A stretch of 64,000 nt of DNA from the NCBI GenBank assembly GCA_965202585.1, contig OZ241829.1:18166001-18230000 (forward strand). The letters are read 5' to 3'. Below, piece after piece: positions 37,601 to 52,600 of the stretch. Below the pieces are notes generated by a model, which was not told the DNA's origin, did no database searches, and saw only the letters and a program-made list of their open reading frames with translations. The translations under genes were made by a program, and so were the position numbers. Source of the stretch: Thalia democratica. Its lineage: Eukaryota. Numbering within the stretch: the first letter of the stretch is position 1; each line of letters opens with the position of its first letter.

Positions 37601-40600
37601 CATTATAAACAAAAGGGAAGAAAATATTCTATTTAGATTAATAGTTATTTTACAGAGGTTGTTAGACTTAAAATAAACTAAAATTTTTATAATATAACTT
37701 TTTACAAAAAGTATAGTTATTTAAAAAAAATATATAAATTTCTATATTAAGACTTTCAACCGTTTTATTAAAGTCGCTTTGAAGGATGATTAAAAGTATG
37801 CAACTAATGCGAAGCGTGATACCGTCATATGGCATGTGAAAAAATTTAAAGTTAGCTCTAATTTTTTTTTATGTCAAAATAATCAATATCTTAAAAACGC
37901 TAAAAAGGGGAAATTTAGATTTTATAGGTTACTGCATTTAAGTTGGTTTATTTGCTCTGTACCGACAATATGTCACAATGCATCGTAACTATTTCCAATA
38001 TATTGAAGTGAGAAGTTTTAAAAATGGCAAATACTGCTTTAAAAAACTGCTTTTGATGATCTAATAAATAACTATACATAATTTACCAAATATATTTGAA
38101 AAACTAAACTAACTGAAGTAGTAATTTGAGCTTATTTTATAAAAGGGTGAACAAATTATTTCTTTAAATTTATATCGAATGCTTGGTGATTTATTCAATA
38201 ATGTGTTCTATTTGAATGGATCTTAGTTTTAGAAGTACCAATTATGAATCATTATGGTTAAAATATTTTATTCAAATTGACAGTAACAGCATTATTATTT
38301 TTTTAGAAATATTTTAAATTGTCATTTTGAATCCTTGAACCTTATATTCAGTAAAAGTAGTCAGGTTTTTTATTAGAAAACAAAAATAGTTTAAATTACA
38401 CTACTATATTTGAAGATAGTCATACAAAATATTTAAGCTATAAATTTACTTCTGTTAGAAACTATTTATATTAATTCAAGGACTTTTGTCTTACGATTAT
38501 GTGAAAATTTGTTATATTTTCATTAATAAAAAAATCACACTTAGAAATTAAGTTATGTTCAGAAACCTGGATAGCACTCAAAAGTTGGGGTCCATTCACC
38601 GTTTTTACCGCAAGTCATTCTTGAAACTTTTGGCACGAAATTTTCTCTGCATGAATAATCAAGTTCAGATCCACTTAAATCGTAGCCTCCACTTCTTATT
38701 GGATTAGTGATAGTGTGAGATTGAGTGTTTAGTATAGTTGGTACTTCATTGCATTCTAAGTTATGATGTTAAAGCAATTTAAATTCACTTTGAAAGATTT
38801 ATTTTCTTTTTCACTTAAAAAGTTAATTTTTTTATACTTTTGTACGTAGATTGTTAAAGTAACTTAGTAGCAAATAGTATTTTGTTGCTTAACTTACTAT
38901 TCAGACATTCAAACTTTTCATTGGTAACCCAAGATCCATTTACACAAGTATGGGTAGTGTCTGCAGACTCTGGTACTTTAAAGTACTGTTCTTTGCAAGT
39001 GTAAGATACAACTTGCTCAACTGTTGTATCTGAATTAACGTTAACAACTTCACCCACACTTTTTACAGTGTTTTCTATATTTGGTGATGATCCACAATCT
39101 AAAAATAGTTTTAGTTTTATTTTAACCGAAGTTAGATAAACTTTAAATGTAAGCGCAATATACAAAATAACTGTATTAGTTTGTGTTTATAAAAACAAAT
39201 AATTTTTTTTATGTTATCCTAAAATTTTACTTAACTTTAAAAATATTTTTATGCATAATTAAGTTAACTAACTAAGGTAAATGGTATCTTAAATATTCAA
39301 ATAAATCTTTTATAGAAGCAAAACTGAAACAACAACAAACTTTTTTTTAAAATGTAAGGTAACTGTAATTAAGCCAATAAATAATTATAACTAATATATA
39401 TAACATATATATAATAAACTTAACTAACAGAAACAGTAATAAAACTTTTCTAAGAATAAGGTGAAAATATTATTTTATTAAGGGCTCCCTTTGAATTTGA
39501 ATCAACTTTTTCACAACTTAGTCTTATTTCATTGAGTTTAAACTAAGCTACAATATGCTTTTTACAGATTTTTAAAACTCAAAGCAACTTTAAGATAAAA
39601 TGTACTTTTATATCGAATGCTGGGTGATATGTTCAATAATGTACTCTATTAAATTGATTATTAATTTTACAAGAACAAATTATGAGTTATGAGTCACTAT
39701 GGTTAGAATAATAATACAAATTAACAATAACAATTATAATTTTTTTTAGAAAGATATGTTTATCGTCATTTTGAATCATCGATTCTTGTATTCAGTATAA
39801 ATTTTCAGGTTGTTTTTTTAGAAAATAAAACCAGTTTAAATAACACTATTATATTTGAAGATAGTAATACAAAATATTAAAGATATAAAGTTACTGATGT
39901 TAAAAACAATTATTTAAATTAATCCAAGGACTCTTAACTTACGATTATGTAAAAATTCTTATTTTTCTTAGAATTTAAGTTAAATTCAAAAACCTGGATA
40001 GCACTCAAAAGTTGGGGTCCAATCACCGTTTTTACCGCAAGTCGTTCTTGAAACTCTTGGCACGAAATTTTCTCTGCATTTGTACTCAACTTCAGTACCA
40101 GTTAAATAAACATCTCCTTTTTGAATTGGATTAGTAATAATGTAAAGTTGAGTGTTGGTTATCTTTGGTATTTCTTTGCACTCTGTATAGTTTTCAAACA
40201 TTTTTATGTTTTACAAATAGTTATACTTTTTTTATAGTTTAACACGTAACATTTTAATCTTCTATGACTTTAATACTATTAAAGAATAAACTACTTCTTT
40301 CACAGTAAGGTGCAGTTACGTTCCATTCTCCATTGTAAATACATTCAGCATGTGTTTTATCTGAATCACTAAGAATAAAGTTGTCTTCACAACTAAACTT
40401 GATTATCGAACCTTCAAAAAGTGTTCCATCCTCATAGCTTACTTTCTGGGTAATTTCAAACTTTAAAGCTTGAGACAATTCAACTTGCTTACATTCTGTA
40501 AATATCAAATAACGTTAACACAAACTAAAATATTTATGAAATGTTTCGTTCAAAAAAAAAATCATTTAATGCATACTTTGTTGTAAAACATTATAAGTTA

Positions 40601-43600
40601 TACTCAACTCTGATTCAAAACAATTATAATTTACAATAGTTTTACTTCCTGCATAATAACAACATAAGTTTGATAAAAAAGTGATTTTATTTATCAACTT
40701 ACTTTTTAAACAGTCAAACTTTTCATTGACCCAAGATCCATTTACACAAATATGAGAAGTGTTTGCATACTCTGGTACTATAAAGTACTGATCTTTGCAT
40801 TTATAAGATACAATTTGCTCAACTGTTGTATCTGAATTAACGTCAACTACTATGTCTACACTTTTCACTGAGTTTAATATACTTGGTGATGATCCACAAT
40901 CTGTAGATGAAAAGAATGTTTATAAATAGACTGAGTATAAAAACATCTATATACTTAACTTCACTAAATAATAATTAAAAAGTTAGAAAAGCTCTCCACA
41001 AAAGTTGTTAGTTGTCAGTGCATATTAAAAAAAGAACATACAAATGATAGTTAAGAACTAAACATTAAAAATTTTGCAAATAATAGACTTTATGACCTGG
41101 GTAGCACTGGATAAATGGTGTCCATTCACCGTTTTCACCGCAAGTCAATTTCGACACATTTGACACGAAATTAGAATTGCATGTGTACACAAGTTCAGTA
41201 CTATTCAAATAAACATCTCCTCTTTTATTTGGATTAAAAACTTTGGGAGTTTTGGCGTTATTAATGGTTATTATTTCATTGCATTCTAAATGTTGAAACT
41301 TAAATTGGTTTAAAACTGATGTGTTTTAAATTAGTTGCGTATAAATTAGAAACTTTATAATAAAAACTTAATGAAAAAGAGTTTTTTTTTGTTTTTGTTA
41401 TAAACTGTTCATAGTTTTATGTTCTGTTTCTATTGTTAGTTTCTGGAGATAAATAGAGAAATGTATCTTAAATCGCCACAAAAAAAAAAGAATCGTAGAG
41501 AGTTTTATTTACCTGTTATATACCTAAATAAAAGTATTGTTAGTAATTAAATTTGTTAAACCTTTAATGCAACTTATTAGTTTTTTAGGTTCCCACGTTG
41601 CTCCCAGTTCACAAACAAATCGAACATTTGCATTTTCGTTTACCAGATAGTAATTAGGTTTACAGCTATAATCAACTACACTTTCTTCAATGCTTCCATT
41701 ATCAAGCCTTACGGTTTTATTTGGAGTTGTATACGAGTTTGGAACATAGGGTGGAACTTCACAAACTTGAAATATAAATTTTGTTCCAATAAAATTAAAA
41801 TTATATTTCAATACCTACAGCAGATTAAAGTGTTAAGAATTTTATTTAATGAATTGATGATATTATTATTTTTTGTGTTTTCTATTTTGTTATCATACAT
41901 AAACACGGTAAAAACTTTTAATTTAAATGTGTCAAAACTTACTATTTGAATACATAAGTAAATAAAAAACGACAATTTTTTTGATAATTATGTAAACATG
42001 TTTAAAATTTTTATTGTCTTTTTTACTAACCTGGAGCACACTTTGGGGCATTTTGAAAGTCCCAACTTCCATTAAAGTCACAAATCCGTGTTTTATTTTC
42101 ACCCCACAAAAAACTGTGTGAAGGAGCACACTTGTAGGTAACTTCAGTTTCACTCCAAAATTCGTCTTTTTTATGGCTGAATGTTATATCTGAAGTGACG
42201 TAATCTCCTACAGGAGGCGATGGACATCCTTTTACAATGTGATAATTTAACTTGTAAAATTCATAATTTCTTTTAACGACAATGCACTCCAGTATTGAAA
42301 TAAGAGATAGTTTGTAAAACCAACTTAACAGTAATCTTACTAAAACAAATAGCTCTTGAGCCCACTAAATCAATATTTACAATATTGAAAAGTTATTAAC
42401 GAATTAAACTACAAAGAGTTCAAAACGTTGTCACTTTCCCACGGAGTAACTTCATGTCACGTGTGTCATGTTACATGAGTCGTCAGGCTTGTACATAGTA
42501 ACGACTCGTGCGAAAATAAATACCGTGAAAAAGCAAGGACGTGCGAAATTAGCGCTCGATGTGTAAGTGACGTTCCGTGTTTGTTAGACACCTATCCATT
42601 TTAAAAGAATAAAAAACTAGTACTTTTATTTGTTTTATGACATAGCTCAATTTTGTAAAATTTGTGTCTTTAAAAAAACAATGAATGATCTTAACTTATC
42701 GATTAGGAGAATACAGGGTTTGTGTGCGCAATTTTTTTTTAATTTGCCTGATTGAGACCGATTAAGCCTGATATTTTTTAAAGTAGGAAAAAATCATTTT
42801 AGAAGTAATTTTGGGTATGGGGGGTCTTGATTAGTACTATTGTAGTCTCTGACTTTAACGGCTTTATGGCAAGATTATTTTGAGCTTTAAATATCTCCAA
42901 AAAGCAACTCATAGCTTAGTTACAACTCAATAAAATAAGACTAAATTATAAAAAAAGTGATTGACTCCCACTCCCCTATGCCCTTAAGATGAAAAAATCA
43001 GTGATAAGTTTTAAAATAAGTGTTATATCTAATCTATTACTAGTGTAAAAATGTAATATATATTACAAAACACAATTGTTCAATTTAGTTTAGCATTAAA
43101 TAAAGACATTATAACTAGAAAATTTATAACAAAACGACGTGCATTGTAGTGTTTTATTAACATTTAAAATTAAAGGTTACACAAGTATTAAAATAAGTAC
43201 AACATGTTTATTATAGTATTTAGATTAATACTTAAAATTGATATATAGTTATAAATCCTAAACTCTAAATATATACAGTGATTGTTGATTTCATATCAGA
43301 TTTAAAAAGCTTACACTTAAATTAAAAAAAAAACCTTTAATAGTTTGTTGTTGTAAAGAAAAATAAATTGTACCTAAAATTTGTACTCCCTCAAACTTAG
43401 TACTTATACCTTAAAGGTAAGTTTTAGTGTTGTGAATATCTCTAATAATTTTAAATAAATAAATAGTAAAATGTATGAATAAACTAGTAAGAGTTTTGAT
43501 CTAAAAGGTATTTGTTATAAAGCCTTAAAATTATAAATTAAAACAGTTCAACCAACTAAGCTCTGAAAAACATAGCTGATGTAAACAAATTCAAACAAAC

Positions 43601-46600
43601 AGCTAAGTTGTTGATCTAAACTGTAATGTCTAAACTGTATAATTATTTATGAATTTTCATATGACGTACATAATCTACTCAAAACAAAATAATGAAGACT
43701 CTTAATTTTTTTTTAGAGATTCAACAAAAGGATTTAAGCATTTATTTTTACAATTACTGACTGATTTTGTCTTTCATACCTAAATTTATTTTGAGAAATA
43801 AATTCACATCTCAATTTGATCTTTAAATAATTCTCAATTATTTTAAACAATAATTTTTAAGCGTTTGAACTTTGAAAAATGAGAATCTCAAATTTTTGAA
43901 TAAAAAAAATGATTTAGCCTGATGTTTTTCAACTTTTTTCAAAAAATTGATTTAGCCTGATTTGGCCTAATTAAGCCTGATGCGCACGAACCCTGAGAAT
44001 GATATAACTTCAAATATTTTAAGATTTATTATAAAAACAATACTTCACTCAAAAAAGAGATCATCAGTTAATAATAAAATTTGACTTAAATATGGTAAAG
44101 ATGTTATAAGATATTAGGCTTAACTTTAGTAAAACTGTCAATAAGATATAAAAATTTAAACATTGTATTTGATTGTAACAACATAAAACTTTAGAAACTA
44201 TAAACTTTGTTAATTTCAACAAAACAGCAGATAAATAACAGTTTTTTAAAAGTGTACGAAATGTGAACTAACTTGTAATGCAGAGAGGTTCTTTAGTGTT
44301 GTTGTAAGATCCGTCATCTGAACACTGGTAAATATAATCACTTGATGTTCCATTATGAAATATATAGCCATCATTACAAGTATAACTGAAAGTATCACCA
44401 TTTATGTATACACCGCTTGTTTTTTGGTCGAGAGCATTTAATTTTCCGTTAAGTATGTCATCGAGTTTACGACAAACTAAAAAAAAAAAATAACAAATAC
44501 ACTGAACAATAATTATCTTTAAGAAAATGGATATAAATGTTTTGTTAAGTGAGTGGTTAACTCATTTTATTTTACTAACGTGGAATACATTTAGGGGCAT
44601 TTTGAAAGTCCCAACTTCCGTTAAATCCACACGTCCGCTTTTTGTTTTCCCCCCACAAAAAACTATGCGTAGAAGCACATTTATAAGTAATTTCAGTTTC
44701 ACTCCAAAACTCGTCTTTCTTGTGGCTGAATGTTATTTTCCAACTCAAGTTATCTCCTGTAGGAGGCGAAGGACAACCTATTGTAACGTAAACTTGTTGC
44801 TTGGTAATGAATAACAGATATTTTTTAAATTAATCAGCTGTATAGTTTTAAGAACGTACTTATTTGTAACTTTCATATAGTAAAAAAAAACCTAACAGAA
44901 CGATTGTTAAACTAAAAGTAATTTAAATTTTTAAAATACATTAACTCAATATCCTTTAAAACAACAGTTTCTAGCAAGTTAATCTAGTAACCATTCACAA
45001 AACTAAATCTATAAATGGATTTACTTAATTACTGTATAAAGTTTATAGTATTAAAAGACAATAGTAATTTAGAAAATAATACACTTAAAATGAACGATTA
45101 AGTTTAGTATTTATACTTTTATGATAAAATTACAAAAACTAGGTTTTAAAGTGCATAGTTTTACAGAAATAAAACAGAACATTTTTTTTAGTATAAGGAT
45201 AAACGCTGTTTTACCAACGTTTGAAGTCAAACGTAGTACAATCAAACTGCCTTCAGAAACTAAGTTTGCTTCTTAAGATGCCTTGATTTTTAAGTATTTG
45301 TAAACAGTGTTTATTATAATTTATATTTAACTTGAAAGTAGAATATTGATTCAAGGACAATAAACTACTTTACTTTAAATTAAAAAAAACTACTTTTGAT
45401 TTAGTTGCGATTGTTTGTGAAGTTATTTGTATAGTAAAGACATTTTTTATGACAAAATTAATATCATTGCTATTTTTTCTTACAAATCAAATTTTTGCAT
45501 TTTATGTTAAAAAAGCTTATTACTAAAGTTTATTCTATAAAAAACAACCCTAATTCCACCTTAATATTTGATTGAAATAAATTAGTATTTTAGAATAATT
45601 AATAAATCTTAAAAATATAAAAGTAATAGCAGATAAGGTGTAAGTATTAAAAATTCGTATTTATATAAAGGCTTAGTAACTTGTGATGCAGAGAGGTTTT
45701 CTATTGTTGTTGTAAGATCCGTTGTTTAAACACTTGAAAACATAATCACTTGCTGTTCCATTATGAAATATATAGCCATCAATACAAGTATAACTTAAAA
45801 TATCACCTTCCAAGTAAAAACCTTTACGTTTCTGGTCAATACTCACTAGTTCTCCGTAGGGTATGTTATCAGGTTTATGGCACACTATAAAAAAAAGTTG
45901 TTGAAAAACAAAAGCTTAAAAATTCGATACAAACTTAGTTTTGAAAAATAATATAACAACAAAGTTTTTTAAATTCTCATGTCTGACTATTTTTTACAGC
46001 CAATGACATTGTTAAAGCAAAGAACAGCTTTAGTGTATTTTATATGCTGCGTAGATCAACTAAAAAGTTGTTTTGATTTTTTATAAAAAGACGACTACTA
46101 ATTTCTCTTAAATAAAATGTCAGGTACAAGGGGTGGTCTGCTTGTTTAGAAAATAGTTGGGACAGCTTATAAAGTTCTACAATATTATTAATGTTTTAAA
46201 CCATTAAGAAAAATATTAAAAACAAAATAATATTATATAAATGATTTTAAGAGTTTAAATAAACGAAAGATCTACATTTAAATGTTTTGAATAAATCTGA
46301 GACAGCTTTTTCTTAACAAATTTTAACACAAACGGTGTTACTCCTAAGCTAAATCGCAACATATTTTTACTTTTTCCACACATTGGAACAGCCGTAGCAG
46401 GCACACTCCTCCACGTTCCGAACTCCTCGCAAATCCTGCCCACAAAATTTTCAGGTATCATGGTCAGGTTGTTCCCGCAGGTGTACCTGACTTCGGTACC
46501 TGGCAGCAACGATCCGTCGTGTATCCATTTCGTTACTTCGTATTCGGCGTTTGTTACGGACGGAACTTCTATGCAGCGGTGAACTGAAAACAATAGAAGT

Positions 46601-49600
46601 ATTGTTTCATATTTTTAATGGTTGAACAAGTACTTAATAATTAAAATTGAAAAAGCAAATAGAATGAAGTTTTTCAAAATTGTTCACTCAAGTAAAGATC
46701 AAGTTTTTTTGTAAATAAAAGCAGTAAATTTAATTTATAAATAATAAATTACACTTTGTATTGCTTTTATAAGCCTTTTATTGTTTACTTTTTGATTTTG
46801 CAAACTAGTACCTCTATGACTAACAAAAAACTTAAAAAGTTTTCTTAAACTTACACCTTTAAAAAATTATAATCATACAGTCTGTATACCGCAAATGCTT
46901 GTCAAGTCATATACCATGCATACATGCGTAACGCGCTACCTGAATAACAGTTTCCTACAACTCCCTGCCAAGATCCATCTGCGCAAACTATTTCGTCTTG
47001 ATCCGTGGGGAGTATTTCGTACCCGTTTACGCAGTAGTAAGTCACAACGCTTCCGTTTAAATAGTAAGGTTTTTCACTGTCTTCTGAATACGTCATATTG
47101 TCTTTCTTTGGTGGTGCACCGCAGTCTAAAGTAGTGGTTATCTTTATTGAGATCGTTTAAATCACCTTCATCAAAAATAAAGTATAAATAAAGGTACTAA
47201 ACTATATTCATTAGCAGAAAAAAAAGTTTCTATTGATTAATAAATTGTTGGTTACAAAACAAGTTAAAAACTAATGAGAGATTTTGTTCTTAGTTATTAG
47301 ATCTATACTTAATGAGTTTTAGAGAACAGTATAAAGGCAAAAACAAACCTGTCACACATTTTGGAGCATTTAAACTTCCGCTGTTTTCATCGCAGTTTAA
47401 AACTGCTGTTGAATGTGGTGAAATGACGTGGCCATTATTACAGTAGTATGTGACTTTTTGAGGTACTTTCATAACTGAACCATTTTCAGTGTTGTTAATA
47501 ATTGAGTACAAGTTGACTTCAAAAGAACCGTTTGTAATATTTTTAGGAAATCCACAATCTAAATTTTCAAAAAACTTAAAACAAGACTAATATCAAGTGA
47601 ACCTAAAGCTTTAGTATATAAGAATAATAGATGAACTAAAATATGAAATACTAACAAACAACCACTTTTTAAAACTTAGTTAGATTGTTTTTCCAGATAA
47701 TACTTTAAAAAGTGCCTACCTTTTACACAGTAAGGTGCAGTTACGTTCCATTCTCCATTATTAACACATTCAGCGTGTGTTTTATCTGAATCACTAAGAA
47801 TAAAGTTGTCTTCACAACTAAACTCGATTATCGAACCTTCAAAAAGTGTTCTATCCTCATAGCTTACTTTCTGGATAATTTCAAACTTTAGTTTGTCTCT
47901 TAATATAATTTTCTGGCATTCTGTATTTAAAAAGTAATAATAAAGACACATTTTAAGATAAAATATATATTATATAACTATATTTACTTAGTTGATGTAT
48001 TTAAAGAAAGTTCATTAAAAAGTAGCAACAAATATATGTGATTCAAGCATGTTCATGCTTAAATTAAAAAGAAGATATTACACTCTTTAAAGAGTATATA
48101 AAAGAGTATATGTAAGAGTAAATATAACTACTATTGCACAAACAGATAAAATAAGTTAATTTTTGTAACAAACTTTTAGCAAACTAGTATCTAAAAACTA
48201 CTCTGAAATTGTTCATTTCACTTTTGTTAAAAACGCAAAGATCCAAGAAAGAACCAAGTTTACATTATTACCAATCTGTTTTAACTAACTTTGTAAACAC
48301 TTAAAGTCGTTGTAGACCCAGGATCCATCTACACAATTACGAGTGGTATCTACAGACTGTGGTAGTAAAAAGTACGGATGTTTGCAAGTGTAAGATACAA
48401 TTTGCTCAACTGTAGTATTTGAATCGACGTTACCTATCCTATCCAAACTTTTCACTGTGTTTGGTATATCTTGTGATGGACCACAATCTGTAAAAACTTA
48501 AAAGTTATAAATTTTCCACAAGTTAGTTTAAATTGAATTTACAAAACTTTAGATGTTTTAAAATTGTATTAAATAACTAATCTAAAATTGTGTATTGATA
48601 ATAAGATAACTTAGATGATTATTTTAAACTGAAACTTTTATTAGATACAAAATTAAAAACCTGGATAACACTGAAAAGTTGGGGTCCATTCACCATTTTC
48701 AATGCAAGTCATTTTAGACTTTTTTGGCACAAAGTTTTCAATGCATTTGTATTCAACTTCTGTTCTATTCAAATAAACGTCTCTTCTTTGATTTAGGTAA
48801 GTAATATTGTAAAAGTGTGCATTTGTTATGGTTGGTATTCGATTGCACTCTGAGTTTTTAAAAGTTACGTCTTTATTGTAAGTACGGCATATTTTTCTCT
48901 TATTTAAGTTTGCACAAGTAAACAATAAGTGACAAAATATATTAAAATATTAAGTTAACATTTGTAATCTGTATTTAGTGGTTTAAGTCAATAAGCTTAT
49001 TAAACTTACTTTTAACACAACTTATAAGCTTTTTAGGCGTCCAAAATGCTCCTACACTGCACTGAAATCGAACATTTGCAGTTTCGTTAGCCAGATAATA
49101 GTCAGGATTACAGTGATAATCAATTGTGCTTTCTTCAACTTCTCCATTTTCAAGCCTTACGGTTTTAATTGTAGTTACGTTCGCGTCTGGAACATATGGA
49201 GGAACTTCACAGACTAAAAAAAAGAAAATGTTTTTTGTCTTTAATTTATTATTTAATTGAATATCTGATAACTTTTTAAGCTGTGCACAGTAGACTGTTA
49301 CATATTTTTTTTTATAAATAAGCTGTTAACTTGATCGTTTAATCTTAACTTTAGATTACAGGTTATTTAAATTATTGGGATAACACAGATTTTGGTTTAA
49401 ACTGTAACTCGAAACTGGTTGTATCTATTTTAAAAGATCTGTTTCATTTTTAGAATGTTTTTTTTAAAAAGCGATGTTTAATAAGAATTCTCCATATTAA
49501 AGCTAAACTTTTATGATTGTGAAATACTTACAAAAACAAAACATGATATAGTTATAAATTATCATACCTCTGATAGTTATTATCTTGTTAACTATTATTC

Positions 49601-52600
49601 CGAATTCTCGAAAATATATAACTTTAATTGTTCATTTTTTTTAATGGATATTAATTATTATTTTTTGTTTTTTGTTAAAGATGTCAAAATTAGTTAGTTT
49701 AGTATTAATATGAAGAAAGTATAAGTTTAGATTTATTTTTGTTGAAATGTATTTAGTTGATTGTATGCCTTAACTAAGAACTTTTTGAAACTTCAATATG
49801 TAAGACTAAAATTCAATCTTCTAAAATATTGATTATAATAACAATGAGATCAAATATTAAATGTTCATAAAAATGATATATTAAAAAAAAATCTAATTCT
49901 ACACTTAATAATACTTATTAGAGTAATCTATGTAAGTTAAAATGAGAGTTATAAGGAGATAAAAAAGAAAACTTAAGAAATACAATAAGTTACGATTATT
50001 TTTGTTCTTTTTTACTTGTATCATTACTCGTTACTATTAAAGAAAAAATACATTTGCCTTTAGAGTATCAGCTACATTTTCTTAATATTTTTAATTCTAA
50101 TTTACTTGGAGCACATTTGGGAGCATTTTGAAAGTCCCAAGTTCCATTTATTCCACAAATTCGCATTTTATTTTCACCCCACAGAAAACTATGAGAAGGT
50201 TTACACTTGTAGGTTACTTCAGTATAACTCCAAAACTCGTCTTCTCTGTAGCTGAACTCTATTTTCCAACTTACATATTCTTCTTCAGGAGGTGAAGGAC
50301 ATCCTACAAATATTAGACGTGTATTAAGCAAAAGAAAAATAGTTGTTAGACAAAGTTATGGTGCAAATGAAATCTTACTTTGTAAGATTAAGCTAGTTTT
50401 GTCAAAGTATAATGTGCTTCAGTCAGATGTTTTATTGCGGTACGAAAATAACTAGAATAAGATAAAGTTAAATAGTTTATGTAACTACTCAACATCTTGT
50501 GTTTCAAGGAACTTATAAGAAAAGCTAGCAACATAAGTAGGCATCAAAACGTGTTAGATAACATTTAAGCAAACCATAAAATACAGGGTAAACAACAAAT
50601 TCCGATTTCTTATATTTAACACAGTTTTACGTAGTATTTTATTTAAAAAATTATCTTGAGGTTTAAAATAAACTGTCTAATTTACATACACCAAACAATT
50701 TTATTCATGAGTAACATTTTAAAGTTAAAAATAGTTTTTAGATATCTAAAAAATGTTTTTTTTTTTAATTAAATTAAAGTAAGGTTAATATAAGTTATAA
50801 CACACATTTCATAATAAATAAGTTTGGTTGTAAAGCACATAAATATAATAGTTTAATAGCATTTTTTTAATAATAACATCTTAATATTCTAATATTTTAC
50901 AATAAATAATCTAGAGTGTTTCCGTACGTAGAAAAAGCTACCAAGTTTGTTGCGGAACCTCAAATAAAATTTGCTTTCAGAACAAATAAAATAATAATAA
51001 TGATAACTTGAAAGTATAACTTGTACATCAATTTTCTATGTATTACAAAGTTTATATTCATATAAAATGTGTTCACTTGTAATGCAGAGAGGTGTTATAA
51101 TGTTGTCGTAATTCCCATCATCTAAACACTTGTAAATGTAATCATCTGATGCTCCAAAGTGAAAAATGTAGCCATCATTACAAGCATAATTAAAAACATC
51201 ACCATCCAAGTAGAATCCTTTACGTTTTTGGCTATGACTGACTAGTTTTCCGTTTGGTATGGCTTCCAGTTTCGAACAAGCTAAAAGAGATAACACACGG
51301 TATTATACGAATTTCTGTTATAAGTTGGAATTTATATCTTTTGCATGCACGTTTTTGAGTCGTTTTTAAGTTAAACTTACCTATGTGACAAGTGGGAAAA
51401 GTTGAGTTCCATGAACCTTGGTCGGTGCACGTTGCCTGAGAAAGTTCAGGGTTATCAATGACGTATCCAGCTGGGCATGTGAATTTCAAAACGGTGCCGG
51501 TTAAGTAAGATACATCGTCGTGGATAACATTTAAAATCTCCATGATGACTTTGCTAGAAATTTCTACTTTCGGACACTCTGTAAAAAGTTTGTAGAAGTT
51601 CTAATGCAAAAATTAAATTTTTTTTTTAATATTTTATGATCTTCATTTGGTATTCATAAAGTAAAAAACGATTTGACTATTTTTATAAAGTGCACTCTTA
51701 ACCAATAAAAAAATTAATCATATCAGTTATAAACTATAAGATCAAACTTTTAGCAGTCTTAAGATCAAGCACTGATTATTTTACGCACTACTTTCTGATA
51801 TACAGATGAGTATAAATTCATACAGGTTTACTTTGTGAACGAGTGTAAACTGTGTTTGACTACATAAAACAAACTATTCAAAAGTTTCAAATTTTTTACA
51901 GAATATTTATAAACTGTGGTCTAAAAGCTTTATGGTCTCACGTTTTAAACAATTAATTGAAGCAATGTCCCAAGGTCCACCAGTATCGCACGTGAATATT
52001 TGTGAGGTTACCCTAGGATCAGGCATCATGTAATAGTCTTCCTCACAAAAGTACTCAACTGAAGTTTCTAAGCTGATACCTTTACTGATGTTGCGGTAGT
52101 TTACCAACTTATAAGTTTGTGGAAAGGTTGGTGAAGACCCACAATCTGTGTTTTTTTTCTATTGAATTAAAACACTTTGACGAAGTACTTTTTTGATTTT
52201 GATAAGGATTAAAACGTATAAAAACTTATACTGTTAAGCAGCAAATAAAAGTATGTTCAACTTTGTTACATGACAATTCCAATTCCGACAATTAAATTCT
52301 TAAAAAATGTTAAGGAGGCCACAACTCATAAAAATATATACATTAAAATAAATCAAAAGAACAATTGTATGTCTTATTTATAAGATTGTAATAGTAAAAA
52401 GTAAACTGAAAAAAAAAAGAATTTTTAAAAAGAATTTAAAAATTTAATTAAAGTTACTATATTTTAAAACTTGTTTTAGTGATATTTCAAAAAATATGAA
52501 AGATTTTGCAAAATTAAAAAATGTATTTTTAGGTTTTAATTAGATCTAAAATAAGATTTTAATTTTTTAAATGTGTGTTACTTTTTGAGTTATGGCCATT

